The notes below the pieces were generated by a model. It was given only the letters and a program-made list of their open reading frames with translations, was not told the origin of the DNA and ran no database searches. A stretch of 59,241 nt of DNA, filler included, from Bipalium vagum (Eukaryota), in NCBI GenBank assembly GCA_037834085.1. It is 3 parts of 3 records of this genome, joined end to end, with 100 filler letters (N's around TTAATTAATTAA, not from the genome) between each part and the next. Parts side by side here need not be neighbours in the genome. Positions count along the whole stretch, not along the records: positions 43,037 to 59,241 come from JBBMKC010123005.1; 2 more parts are not named here. The stretch is one strand, 5' to 3'. A program made the position numbers and the translations under genes. This document shows, in pieces, positions 47,076 to 59,241 of this stretch (position 1 is its first letter; each line of letters starts with the position of its first letter).

Positions 47076-48223
47076 ATTAACTTTGGTTATTTAATAAAGA
47101 TAAAATATTCCATATTATTTTATTTCAAAGACTGATTGGTCCAAACACAAATATTCATTTCCAAAATTTATAAACTATTTTATAAAAAATTATTTATCAT
47201 AATTATCTTGTCTAAATAATATGAAAATTTGTCATTTTAAATATGTGATCATAGATATATTGATCTTTTATTTAGGTCAAAATCAGCGTCATAATCGAAA
47301 TTTTTCGTTGTTCATATATTAAGAAATGGTTAAGGAGACATTAGTTCCAGCAAATGATGTGGGGAAATAAAAACTAATATAATACTCTCCACAACCGGGT
47401 ACAAATCTCTGATCACATTATACTCAAAATGAACACCAGAAAGGGTATTCATTTACCAGAACGAATCTGAAGACTTTACAAAAATATGAAATAAAAAATG
47501 TTCCACAAATGTTAATATAAAGTAGCCAAATATAGTTTCCAAAGATAAGATTAAAAGATTTAGAATATTTTAGAAGTGGTCGTTTTTTTATAATAATTAG
47601 TAAAACGTTCTTACCGAAAAATTAGTTCAGATTGTTTTTATAAATATAATTTAAATTCAAAAATAATTTCAAACGTTGAAAAATTATTATTTAAACCATT
47701 TTTTGAAATCTGATCTGTTATAATAATATACTCAAATATTTCAAAGATATCAGAATTATAAATAATGTGAAATGTTCTTTATATTATTAAAAAATATATT
47801 ATTTGAAATATATTATCAAGAAATATTTTATATTATTTTTATTTTCAAAACTGAAAAATCAAAGCATTTTTATTTCCAGAGGTCTTCATAATAGTAATAA
47901 TCGTTTTAAAGAAATAAATCTAGCCATGTTTCATCATTTAATCCCATGTATAGTCGTGGCCATAATTCATCGACCACCTTCAAATTATGAAATGGTTTAA
48001 AAAATTCATTTCGTTAAAAAAGATTTATTATGAAAACATGTGCAAGCTACCAGTTTTTGCATAATTCGTAGTATACACATGACATCGCTAATATTTAGTG
48101 TGTTAACCCTTTTTCGCTAATACTGCAGCCAACCTGTTCGCCATAAAATCAATCAATTTTGACCAATAGTTCATAGAAATTTCATTAACAAAACAAGTTT
48201 AATTATTTCAATTAAATTTAGGT

Positions 48224-49440
48224 ATGACGTAGAATGAGACTTTTTGCTTTAGAGCTTTCCAGCAGTTCTCTGTGATTGAATGCGCAGAAATCAATGGCAA
48301 CAGAGCAGCTGCAAGAAAGTTCAACGTTGGAGAATCAAGTGTTTGAGAATGGAGGAAAACAAAAGAATTGCTTAAATTAACAAAAGCAACAAAAATAGGA
48401 AGAAGAGGAAGAGAAGCATTTTGGTCACAGATAGAAGAAGCTCTGAAAAGTGGATATTAGAACTTAGAAAAGATGGTAGACAAGTCTCTACAACATCTAT
48501 TAAATTAAAAGCAAGATCAATAGCAGAAGAATACGACATATCGAATTTTAAAGGAAGTAGCCGATGATGTAACATATTTATGCATAGAAATCAGTTTTCT
48601 ATCAGATCAGTCACCTCGGTTACACAAACTATGCCTACAGATTGGAAAAATAAGTTCGAATTATTCTATTTATATTTAAAAGATAAAAACCAAGGCGTTA
48701 ATGAACAACAAATAGGAAATATGGACGAAGTTCCTATGTGTTTTGATATGTCAGGAAACTATGAACAATTGAGCAGAAAGGTATAGAAAATGTCAAAATA
48801 AACATCGCGGGTGCTAAGAAATGTAACTTTACGGTTGTGCTAACTGTCACTACTGACGGTGGGAAACTATCTCCCATGGTAATATTTAAAAGAAAAACTA
48901 TACCGAAAGAGAAATTTCCAAAGGGTATCATTGTTAAAACAAATGAAAAAGGTTGGATGGATACTCAAATGTGTAAAGTATGGTCAGAAGAGGTTTGACG
49001 AAAGAGACCTGCATCATTCTTCGAACCCAAATCTATTCTAATTTTTGATTCTGCTCCTTCGCATTTAACCGAAACCTCAAAAAAGACGATAAGAGATATT
49101 CAACAACTGTTGTAATTCCTGTTGGATTAACAAAAATATTGCAGCCATTGGATATATCAGTCAATAAAAGTTTTAAATCAAAAGTTAGAAATAAATGTGA
49201 ACGTTGGATGATTAGTGGATTCCATACATTCACAAAAGGTGGTAAATGCGGAGAGCATCATATTCTACTGTTTGTAAATGGATAAACAAGGCATGAGAAT
49301 CAATTACTCCATGCTGCATTGTTAACGGATTTTAAAAAGCTAGCATTGTGGACAGTATTGATAAATTGAATGACTTCTCTGATTCAAAGCCTGATGAGTT
49401 AGCAGATGAAGAAGAGGAAGATTTACCCAAATTACTAAAG
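48224..49440 (+). mobile_element. Decayed pogo (POGK-like) transposase
   Basis: Brinker-like NRAAARKFNV, CENPB-HTH region, IGNMDEVP, GGKLSPMVIFK, ILIFDSAPSH, LQPLDISVNKSFK and an acidic tail; several stops and frameshifts. Confidence 0.88.
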
Positions 49441-51769
49441 GATTTTTTGGACATCTCGCGATAGATCTGTAGAGTTTCATGGTCATGGAACCAGAACATT
49501 AATCTTATTACTAATAAGCCAAACCTTATTGATGAGTACCTGATGGTACGGTGTTCTATCCTTTTAGAAATAATCAGAATTTTTAATATTTTCTTCTAGA
49601 ATCGTTTTATAGACAGTTACATTGATGGTTTAATTTGGAGAAAGAAACCAGAGTCTACAGGAATAGGAGTAAATTAATGACAGGGTGGCCGATGCGTTAT
49701 GGCCACGATTGTATAATTAATAAATATTTTTATTGTTTTAAGAATACAAGTAAAGACTTAACTTTAACATTATGGGGAATTTATCCAATGGACAAATCTA
49801 AAGATTTAATCAACTTTTGAGAAATTTATTAATGTCACCAAAGAAAAACGTTAGAGTCTTATCTCTTTCTCTGGTGAGTTGGCAGAAATAACCGAAGACG
49901 ATCCGGACAGAATTTATTTATTATTATCATTGCAATAATGATTAATATTTGTAATATTAATTTGAGATTTTATCTCCATTATAAACAAATCTACAAAGCT
50001 TAATCTCTAACATAATCTCAAATTACTTATGGTCTTTGCAGCCATTTAGAAAAAACAAAAAAGGGAAATAATAAAATTTATTTGTCAATAGATTTTTTTT
50101 CAATTTGCAGATTTTCGTTAAATAATATTTTTTGCAGTGTTTCTTAAGCACTGATGACAAAATCAAAAGAAAAATAAATTATTAAAATATAACTGCTTCT
50201 TTTACTATCACATCATGAAAACCTTACAAATTATATATAATATTATCTAAAATAATTTTATTAAAATTAATGAAATATTTCATAATAGATTCTTGATTTC
50301 TCCTCACTGATCAATCTATCGAGAATGAAAGGATTCGACAATTTTATTTCAATCTAACACTCTAAATAACCATAATGCTAATAATTTTAGAATATTCACT
50401 CTAAAAATTGAAGAGTATGATTTTATGGTTGAGGAACAAGTGAAAATCAAATGGTGAAATACCTGGTCAGTGAGATGGGTGGAGTAAGATAATGTTATCA
50501 TGTCTTTGAGTATACTGTGATCTTGTGGACCGTATTACTCAACTTAAATTGATTAGTTTTTATTGATACCGTTCATCAAATATGGGTTCGGAACGCTTAC
50601 GCCGGTCATAGTGGAAAATATCCGTTTGCTCTTACCAATACTCTTTCTATTTTTCATCATTTTGTATCAGTCATATACTTGCAAACGCTTACAAAAAAAA
50701 TATCTGTCAACATTCTTTGAACTATTTCTTCAAGGGATCTTCACCTTCAAAACTCTATTGTTGGTCTGAACGTTCTTTGTCTTGTACCTTGTAATTATCG
50801 ATCTTAATCGGTTAAACAATTCTCTTTACAAACCCTATGTTCGCGGTTTTAACAATAACCTACAGATTTGTGTTGCTGATTTCCTTATATTGAAGAAAAA
50901 TAATACTACTTCCTACAAATGATCTTTTTTCGGAATATAATTTTGCATTTCGAAGGAAAAAGAACTCCAGTTAATCAATTATAAAATAATCAATATCCAT
51001 TTTAACAGACACACTCAAATAATAACTTTTAGGTTTATTTTCATTGGCAAATATTAGGTGTACCGGAAAGTAATGAAGATTTTTTTAAATCCATTTTTTA
51101 TCATATATGATAAAATTAATCTTATTGTTTAAATATTGTATTTTGTTTAGATATGTATTGGTAGTCAAGAATTGTATTATAAAATAACATATTACAAAAC
51201 AATGGGAAATCATTTCTGCACCTCATATTTATCATGATTGAATATCAAAATAAACTGTCCATCACAAAGATTTATTTATTCAAGATAAATTTATTTCAAT
51301 CGAATGAGCAAATTTAATTTAATATAATTAGAGATATAAAATGAGTTAGTTTCATATAAAAGAAAATTCCATTTTTCGGTTCAGTTTAATAAGGACTGGT
51401 TCTGTTTGGGACATAAAATAATGATTTCGTCAATTAAGAGAAAAATGATATTTAAGAATTTAAAATATTTTCAAAGTTGCAGTTTTAATTTAAAAAAACC
51501 ATATGGATTTATTATTCTGCGTTAATGAAGAACGGAAATTGGGAATTAGAAGGATAAAGATAATCAAAGACTTAATGAAAGAAAGCAAAGAAGATTTGAT
51601 TGAATCTTCAATGAAACTTTTTAACTCAGCCATGTCAACCAAATTGCAGTCATTTATATATAGGGGGAGGGCTGTGAACAAAAATTTGGAAAGTAATAAC
51701 AATCGAAATATTTATTTTTTGTTTTATTTCATAAATAATTATTTCACAACAAAATAATGAAAACAGTTG

Positions 51770-52550
51770 GAATATTTTATTTCATGTTGCGTCCAAAGGC
51801 TTTGAGGTAGAATAACAAATTAGACTTCATTATGTATTAAGAATTTTTTTGCAAGTTCGGGAAGGATTTGAGAAAATCATTTTTAATTTTTATTAGTTAT
51901 TCATGTAATTATTACTATATCATTGCTTTTAGTAATATTTTTACTGAAATATTATTTTGACAATATTTGCAGTAAGCAAAGGAGAAGGCAGTCTATTCTG
52001 TCTTTTCTCTTTCATAACATCGTTTACTTGACACAAATAATTTATAAATAGGTGCTTATCGATTCTCTGGTTTAACTGGATCATTTCTCCATTCCTCCAA
52101 ATAGATATCATGGTTTTCTTAAGATATAAATCTTATTTGATTCTGGTCGCTGCTGTACAATTATTCCTTCCTATGTTTAAGATCGTTTACAAACACTAGT
52201 TATCATCTTCCGTGATTATTCGATGAAAAAATCGTTCTCTCTCCACACGTAATGATTGGTGATTACAAGATTTTTATATACAATTTTTAAATTACTTTTT
52301 TTGATTTTTTGTTCCGTAGATATGGTATTCAAGTTTTGTTTGAATTCACAAATTTGATATGAGATGGCAGAAAATTTTCTTTGGATTGTTGTTTACCCTT
52401 TGAGACTAATCTCTGCATTTTTGGTAAGCGTCTTGTTTGACGAATGTAATTTTTGGTAATGAATTGATTATCATCAAAATCGGATGGCCTAACACTATGT
52501 GGAGTGTATTGAAGGTTTTTCGTACTCATATTTTTTATTAGTTGAGACAT
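51770..52550 (-). mobile_element. Decayed mariner
   Basis: VRPSDFDD and FFHRIITEDD on the minus strand. Confidence 0.55.
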
Positions 52551-53658
52551 TTAAAAATTTAGTTTAATATTTATTTGTTTATTGTTTTATTATTTATGAT
52601 TATCAGTAGGAGAAAAGGAAAAGAATACTGGATATCATTGTTATTATTATCTACCATATTTTATGGCATTCAGCCAACCGGATAATTAATAAAAAAGAAA
52701 AAATTGGATTTTTTATAAATATTTTTTAATTTGTTCAAATTCTTTAAATATTAATGCAATTATTTTATCCATTCAATCATGTCTAATTTAGATATTTCGG
52801 CTCTTTTCAAAAGAATTTTTTATTATTTATTTTATTAATTACTATGATAAATAAATAAATTAATACGTTTGAGTGTAATAGAAAATAACCGAAATTTGAT
52901 TAATAAAAAGAAAAAAATCTTAGGTAATTTTAAGACTATAAATCGTGAAATTAAATTTTTTTGTTTTATAAAATTTAATAACATATTTAATATTTTATTA
53001 TTTATTTTGAAAAATATTTTGTATGAAGAAATATTAAAATATAATTTATATTTCCAATACTTTTGTTTTAATTTAAAAAAAATAAAAATAAAAATACAAT
53101 TTTGAATTTTCATTAAATTATTTTATTAAAGAAACAAAGTGCTTAATTGATAATGGGAAAGAAACCGAGTCAAAAGTTTACATTCCTACTACTCGTTTAG
53201 TTGAATATATTAACAAACAATATTAGCAAAATGTTCGAATGAAAAACCAATCAGTTCTCCCGATCCATTACTGAGATGGTGTCTATTGTGGACTTTTTAT
53301 TTACTTTTTCGTGTATAAATGTATTACCAGTTGGCGTTTGCTTTTATTTTCTGAGCGATCCATGTATGGATGCTTTTTTTTTAAATATATTTAGACATTT
53401 TAGACATTTCTTGTTTAAATGAATCAATCTCCCAAAACATAATTTAGCTCCTTAGTAATACCTGGAGTTCTCATTTGATCCAAAATATATTAATTTTTAA
53501 AATCTATTCTATGAAGTTCCATATCTCAAATAACAAAATTTATAAATTATGTTTATTATTATTATATTATATTTTACATAGATTTTAAAAATATTATATT
53601 AAAACAGAGAATATAAAACTAAAATATTGAAACATGGAGGAATTATAACACTATTATA

Positions 53659-54313
53659 CTTACTCAATACCATAAAACCCGTTTTGTTTATTTTAGAAAA
53701 GAATTTTTAATTCTAGTTTATTTAATTGATGTAATATTGATTATTAAAGATGGCGCGATCTATTGATAAGAAAATATTATTCGTAATGCACTATGAGAGG
53801 ATTCTCACAAAAATCGATATAGAACAGCCACAGTACGAAAAAATTGCATTCAATGCACTCCATGCATTTAATGTTAACAAAATATTAATGACCATTGAAC
53901 TTGTAACAAAATGCAGTCTAGTCAGAATGTGACCGTTCAAATGGACAATGCTCACCTAAACATTGGAAAGAATAATATTGAACTCTTCAATGAATTCGGA
54001 GCTAGTCTTGTTTCCAGCATAACCACTATTAACCAACTATCACATTCTCTAGATTTAAATGCAAACCAAATAGGTTATTTCATGTCTCAATAAGCGATTT
54101 CTTAGGAATAAACGTAAAACTATTGACGAATTGTGGTTTTCATTACAATAGAATTTCTGGTCAACTAAACCTATCCGGATAGTAACGGAAATTATAAAGC
54201 AGAAAGGTTTAAATATTAATGTAACACATTCATTTTAAAAAACTTTGTTAATGTTATTTGGCTTTTTTATTATAATTAATTTTAACAAACGGGTTTTTTG
54301 GACATGGAGTAAG
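53659..54313 (+). mobile_element. TA-flanked element with a DD39D (plant-mariner)-like transposase remnant
   Basis: Imperfect TIRs CTTACTC(A/C)AT..CCA.AAAACCCGTTT; ORF 53911-54093 VQMDNA...QLSHSLDLNANQIGYF. Confidence 0.6.
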
Positions 54314-55096
54314 TATTTTAACAACTTAACAATTTTATGGGAAAAGAACTATGCAAAACTCTATATTATAGAATAATTTATTATTTTCACATTTATAAAA
54401 TTTGTAATACAACTTTTTTTAAAATTTCTTTAAAAATAATTTTTTATAAAATAAAATAACTTTTAAAAATGGAAATTGAAAATTATCAATATTACAGAAA
54501 AAGTGCATATGTTACATTCATAAACATTGTATAAAAAATTTCTATATTTATTTTTTATTATCAAAAAAGAAATACTTTCGAATTATAATAGCGACAGAAT
54601 TTCGTAGGTAATGTTCATAGATGTAAAGCACAGTTGAAAGAACTTGTTTATTTTACTTCCAATGTACCAACATTGTTTATAAACTTCAATAGATATTAAA
54701 ATTTCAAATTAATACTTAAAAAATTATCATTATTGTTATTATTTATATCTAGCACATTTAACATTGTGAATAAATTATTAATTAAAACAAATATCCATGT
54801 TTTAGATTGGCAATGTAAGAATACTTGAATAATTTCTCAATTTCAGACATTTTTTTTATTAAATTCCAGTTACACAAATATCCTTTATTTTAGTTAATTG
54901 TGAAAATTATTAATTAATATTTAATAAATCCTGTGAATGTTTATTTTAAGATTATTATATGAGAATGAATTCTAAAGTTCCGGAATGATACTAACATTTT
55001 CACAAATGAAGGTAGAAATTTAAAAAATGATTTTATCTATTCAATATACTTCTCAGTGTTTTAATACAGAATTAAACTCAATTGATTATACATGTA

Positions 55097-55770
55097 CGCG
55101 GGTGAATCATAAAGAAAAGATACAAAGCATTTAATTTTTTTCATAGATAAGCAGTAAAACCATTTCACGTTTTAACTTGTTTGCTAAAATAAAATACGAA
55201 ATATTGATCGTAGAAATATTGATTAAAAGAATATTTTTATATCAATTTTAGATTTAAAAAACATTATGTCTGTTAAAAAATTGCACCAAAAATGAAAGAG
55301 CTGTTATTCGTTTTTTTGCATGCAGAAAGTGTTTCTTCAGCTGATATTCACCTTAGAATGCTTATCCAATATGAAGTTAATTGTTTTAACCGACAAAACG
55401 TAAATAAGTTGGTAAACAAATTCATAAATTGACGAACAAGCCTTAAGGATGAAGATCGGTCCGGAAGACCTGAAACAGTTGATAACATTGAACGAGCTGA
55501 AGAAATGATCAGAAAAAACAGGTGACTTACAGGTGCTGAAATTTGTTCTGAACTAGAAAGAGGAATTACGAGGAAAACATTTCCACAATGATGATGCAGT
55601 GAAAACAGCGATGCAAGATTTCTTAAAAACAAAAGACAAGACCTTGTTTATTAAAGAAATGCAGAAGTTAGTTGACAGATGGAAAAAGTGCATCGAAAAA
55701 AGTGGTGATTATGTTGAAAAGTAATTATCTGTATATATTATAATCTTTGAAAAAAATACCATAAAGCTCG
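55097..55770 (+). mobile_element. Internally deleted mariner
   Basis: RAVIRF/ADIH N-terminus joined at about 55555 to C-terminal KLVDRWKKCIEKSGDYVEK*; TA-CG...CG-TA ends. Confidence 0.75.
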
Positions 55771-55809
55771 TATATAAAAACATATTTGTTTAAGCTAATC
55801 ATTTTAGAA

Positions 55810-56240
55810 AACTGAAACTGGAATGATTTGAATACCGCATGAGATTCTTTACCAAACTTGGATGGGGAACAGAGGATATCATCTAATCTTTAAAAAAAGA
55901 TTATCCGGATGATGGTCCAAATAAAACAAAAATTTATTAATGGGTAATCAGGAAGACCTAGAGGCGAACATCAACAACAGTGACAGAGGAAATTGTAGTC
56001 GGATCGATGGTTGAAGAGAATAGGCATATATCGGTCTATTTTATAGACAATTCTTAGAACATATCATATGGGTCAACTCATTTCATTTTAAAAGATTGTA
56101 TAGACTTGTGCAAGTTTTTTATCTGATGTGTGCGTGAAGAATACAGAATGCAAAGATCAGACAAGGCGAATCCGTCTATCTTTAGATTTGATGATGACCC
56201 CGAGGATTTTTACAGCAAACTAGTAACTGGTAATGGAACA
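55810..56240 (+). mobile_element. mariner 5' transposase fragment
   Basis: EENRHIS, CKF..*V and FYSKLVTG motifs. Confidence 0.55.
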
Positions 56241-58147
56241 GATTTAACGATGTTAATAATAATAATAATAATATCCATGACAACACTTGATATTTTTAAT
56301 TTAAATATTGTTTCGTTTTGTTGTTCATTTATAACCTTTGTGTTCTTGTACTAGTTTGAAAACGCCCCTGAGTAAAGCGTTAGTGAGAATTAAAGAAATG
56401 ATTTTGAGAATTCTAAGTTGACCACAGGTGTTTAAAGGACCATGATTATTTTTGATTTCTGGTCATTCTGGTTAAAAATGTTCCTGTTTTTTCAATTATA
56501 AACAACGAAAATAGTTCTTATGAAATCTGGACAGCTCTTAGTTTTAAGTAAATTAAATGGCACATTAAAGTTGATAAAACATATTAGACAAAAGTTCTGA
56601 ATAAACTCTTTCAATGGATTCCTTCCTTCTCGTTTTATCTTTTAGCTGCCATGTAATGTAATTAGTGTAATGTGAAAAGTCATTATTAAATTAATAAGCA
56701 TTAAAATGATTATTTTTAATCTCAACAACAGAATACTAAATGTTCCGTTAATTCTTTTGGGCTGAACGACAGATGCTGCAGAACATCTCAAACAAGATCC
56801 ACCAATTTCTGAAAAGTTACAAAAGAAGTGGAGATATAGGTTGTCACAACGAAGCAACAAATCTACAATTTACTAAATCCGGATGCTTCTGTTGCAAAAA
56901 ATTGTTTCATTTATCCATTGCGGGTAATATAAACATTGGAATCAAATGTACTGTTAGGTGATAAAACTTTAAGTATATAGATTATCTTGTAATCCACCCA
57001 TACGGATAACAAACTTTTTATTATGCAAATCAGATTTTGACATTTTTTGAGCAAGCTCAACGATGAAAGCTATAATAAGAAATCTGGTTTTCGATATTTA
57101 TTATGGAACATGAACTTTTTGACTACGTTCCATAAATAACTTACAAATGTTGATTTGTTGAATTAAATGAATTTCCTTCACTTTATGTGGAACCAAAATA
57201 ACTATCAAGCTTTTTGGAAAATCTCAGGTTTTTCAACTCCTGGTGAACTGCAAAAAGTTAGTCCGCTTTAATTATTATTATTATTTGGTCCTCACTAATT
57301 CTCATTGGCCTACCGGAGTCTTCAAATTTTATCTTGAAAGATAAAATATCGGAGTGCGATGGATTATGAAAGATTAAATACCAAAAACGAATTTTTTAAA
57401 CGAACTAAATCTGGAAAGTATATATGTTCTGTTATTGTATTTTTTAGGTAAGAAGGCACTTAGTTTTCGATAAGCTTCTCAAGATCTTTGGCTTTATTTG
57501 AAGTAAAATACAAAATGTCCTTAAAATGATATTTTTGATATTTCATTTTCAAAAAATATTATAATAATGTTAATCTTTACTACAACAGAAGGGTAACATT
57601 TATAGTTTATTGCACTGGTTAACAATCATAGGATTACTTTCTATAATGTTGTTGATTCTTCGTTGATACCTAGTGTCCTAACTTCCAAAAACTTACAAAA
57701 TAATAAAAAATATTAGTTAAGCAACACATTATTATTACATTTATTATTATTTTTTTATTTATTATTTTTCTACCCTTTAAATGAAGTCTAATTTAGGCTG
57801 GAGCCTAATAATGTCCCAATTTGTTTAACTCTTTAATTTGAGAATAAACTCTCATGCATACAAAAAAACCATAAATGTCTTCCAGGACAACCTGATAGTT
57901 TACTTACAATTTAAATTAATATATTTTAAATTTTAAAAAACTTTAAAATATTTTTTTCATACACCTGAAAAGTATTTACTTCGGAAAAACATTGATCAAA
58001 TTTTAATTAAAATAAATTTAAATTAAATTAAATTTAAAATTTAAAAATTGTGTATTTCTTATCAATACTTTGAGTAATATCGAAAAAATTTAGTAAAAAT
58101 AAAAGAAACCGAACAAATTAAAAAAGAAAGATATTTTTTTCACTCAC

Positions 58148-58234
58148 TCTGAATCTTTATAGTTACAGAGTCGTTGAAATTGAATTTCACAATGTCCGCC
58201 CATTTTTCTGAAACTCTGTATTTCCATACCACAC
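58148..58234 (-). CDS. Candidate isolated 87-nt exon
   Basis: ttttcaaatag|...|gtgagt, GC-elevated against AT-rich flanks, open in two frames. Confidence 0.35.
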
Positions 58235-58657
58235 CTATTTGAAAATAAATAAAATAAAATCAATCAAAAACGACTTATTCATTTACTATTTTTCTTTTAA
58301 TTATAATTTCTCCCATATATATGAAAAAATATCAAAATAATAAAAATTTAATATTTTATTATTCATTCAAATTTAAACAAACAGTTTACTGTTTTCCTCA
58401 TATCCAATTTCTTGAAAATAATAAACAATTATTTGTTGGAGAAATTTTCAATTATTAAAAATAATTGTTATAAGACAGTAAGATATCCTCTTTATGAAAG
58501 TGTGTTGTAATTATTTGAAGCATTTGTTTACGATGGTTTTCGGAACAACAATTATTTTGAGTCTGTTTACAAAGAAATATGATATAAATATTAAAATAGT
58601 ACAATGTATTGATCGATTGTCTAATGACAATAATGAAAATAAATCAATTTTTATTGT

Positions 58658-58664
58658 AATAATA

Positions 58665-58705
<41 letters not shown>
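58658..58705. repeat. (AAT)n microsatellite
   Basis: Read directly from the sequence. Confidence 0.9.
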
Positions 58706-59241
58706 TTTTCATTTTTATGATTATTATTATCAAAATGTTTTACATAATATTAATAAAAAAATATTATATTGTTATTTAATTTTTTAAGAAACAGATTAGC
58801 AAGCAAAGTTGTTATAGTTTTCTCTTTTATTTTATCATAATAAATAAAAAATGATATATTGAATTAAAATAAATCGATAATATTTTCTAAATTTAGTTTG
58901 AAAAATTTTTATAATATTAATTTTAAATAATATCAATATTATATTATTTATAAAAAGGAAGTAAAAATATATTTTAATTATTTGCTTAAATTTTAATTTT
59001 AAAAAAAGTAAATGAGATTAGATCAATGAGTATGTCCTAACCACGTCCAGAAATTAATATACGCACAGAAATATATATATTAGTATATATTTAAAAAAAC
59101 CGGCTGTAATCAGTACCAATAAGTTGTGTTATGTGAAAGTTATATAATATGAAAAACCCATAATTTTAGGTATTTAATATAATGTAAATCTGAATCCTTG
59201 ACTTTCTTATCAACAGAAGTAATAAGTGAAACTTTAATAAT

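Noticed and set aside
48224-49440. Domesticated POGK-like gene
   Set aside because: Multiple in-frame stops and frameshifts; a dead transposon copy.
1-59241. CRISPR array, operon, tRNA or rRNA genes
   Set aside because: Intron-containing eukaryotic DNA; no repeat-spacer array or structural RNA gene was recognised.

Overview
Very AT-rich eukaryotic genomic DNA. The Dishevelled protein sequence, the 49-108 nt mini-introns and the repeat content point to a triclad planarian (inference). Two spliced genes can be rebuilt by hand on the + strand. (1) About 495-16954: a pentameric ligand-gated ion channel (pLGIC) subunit that keeps the FPFD Pro-loop but lacks both Cys-loop cysteines, the aromatic ligand box and the long M3-M4 loop. 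It has no signal peptide within the window and a charge/sequon distribution suggesting inverted membrane topology. (2) 18530-37179: a complete 13-exon, 776-aa Dishevelled (DIX-PDZ-DEP, dvl-2-like) lacking the canonical C-terminal motif. The rest is dense with decayed DNA transposons (mariner, Tc1 DD34E, DD41D, DD39D-like, pogo, Chapaev-3-like, some nested), (AAT)n microsatellites and two artificial 100-nt gap linkers. There are also GC-elevated candidate regulatory islands, ATCGAT-rich introns in dvl, and a few possible exons of an unidentified minus-strand gene at 45-58 kb. All exon boundaries were read manually and have no RNA support.
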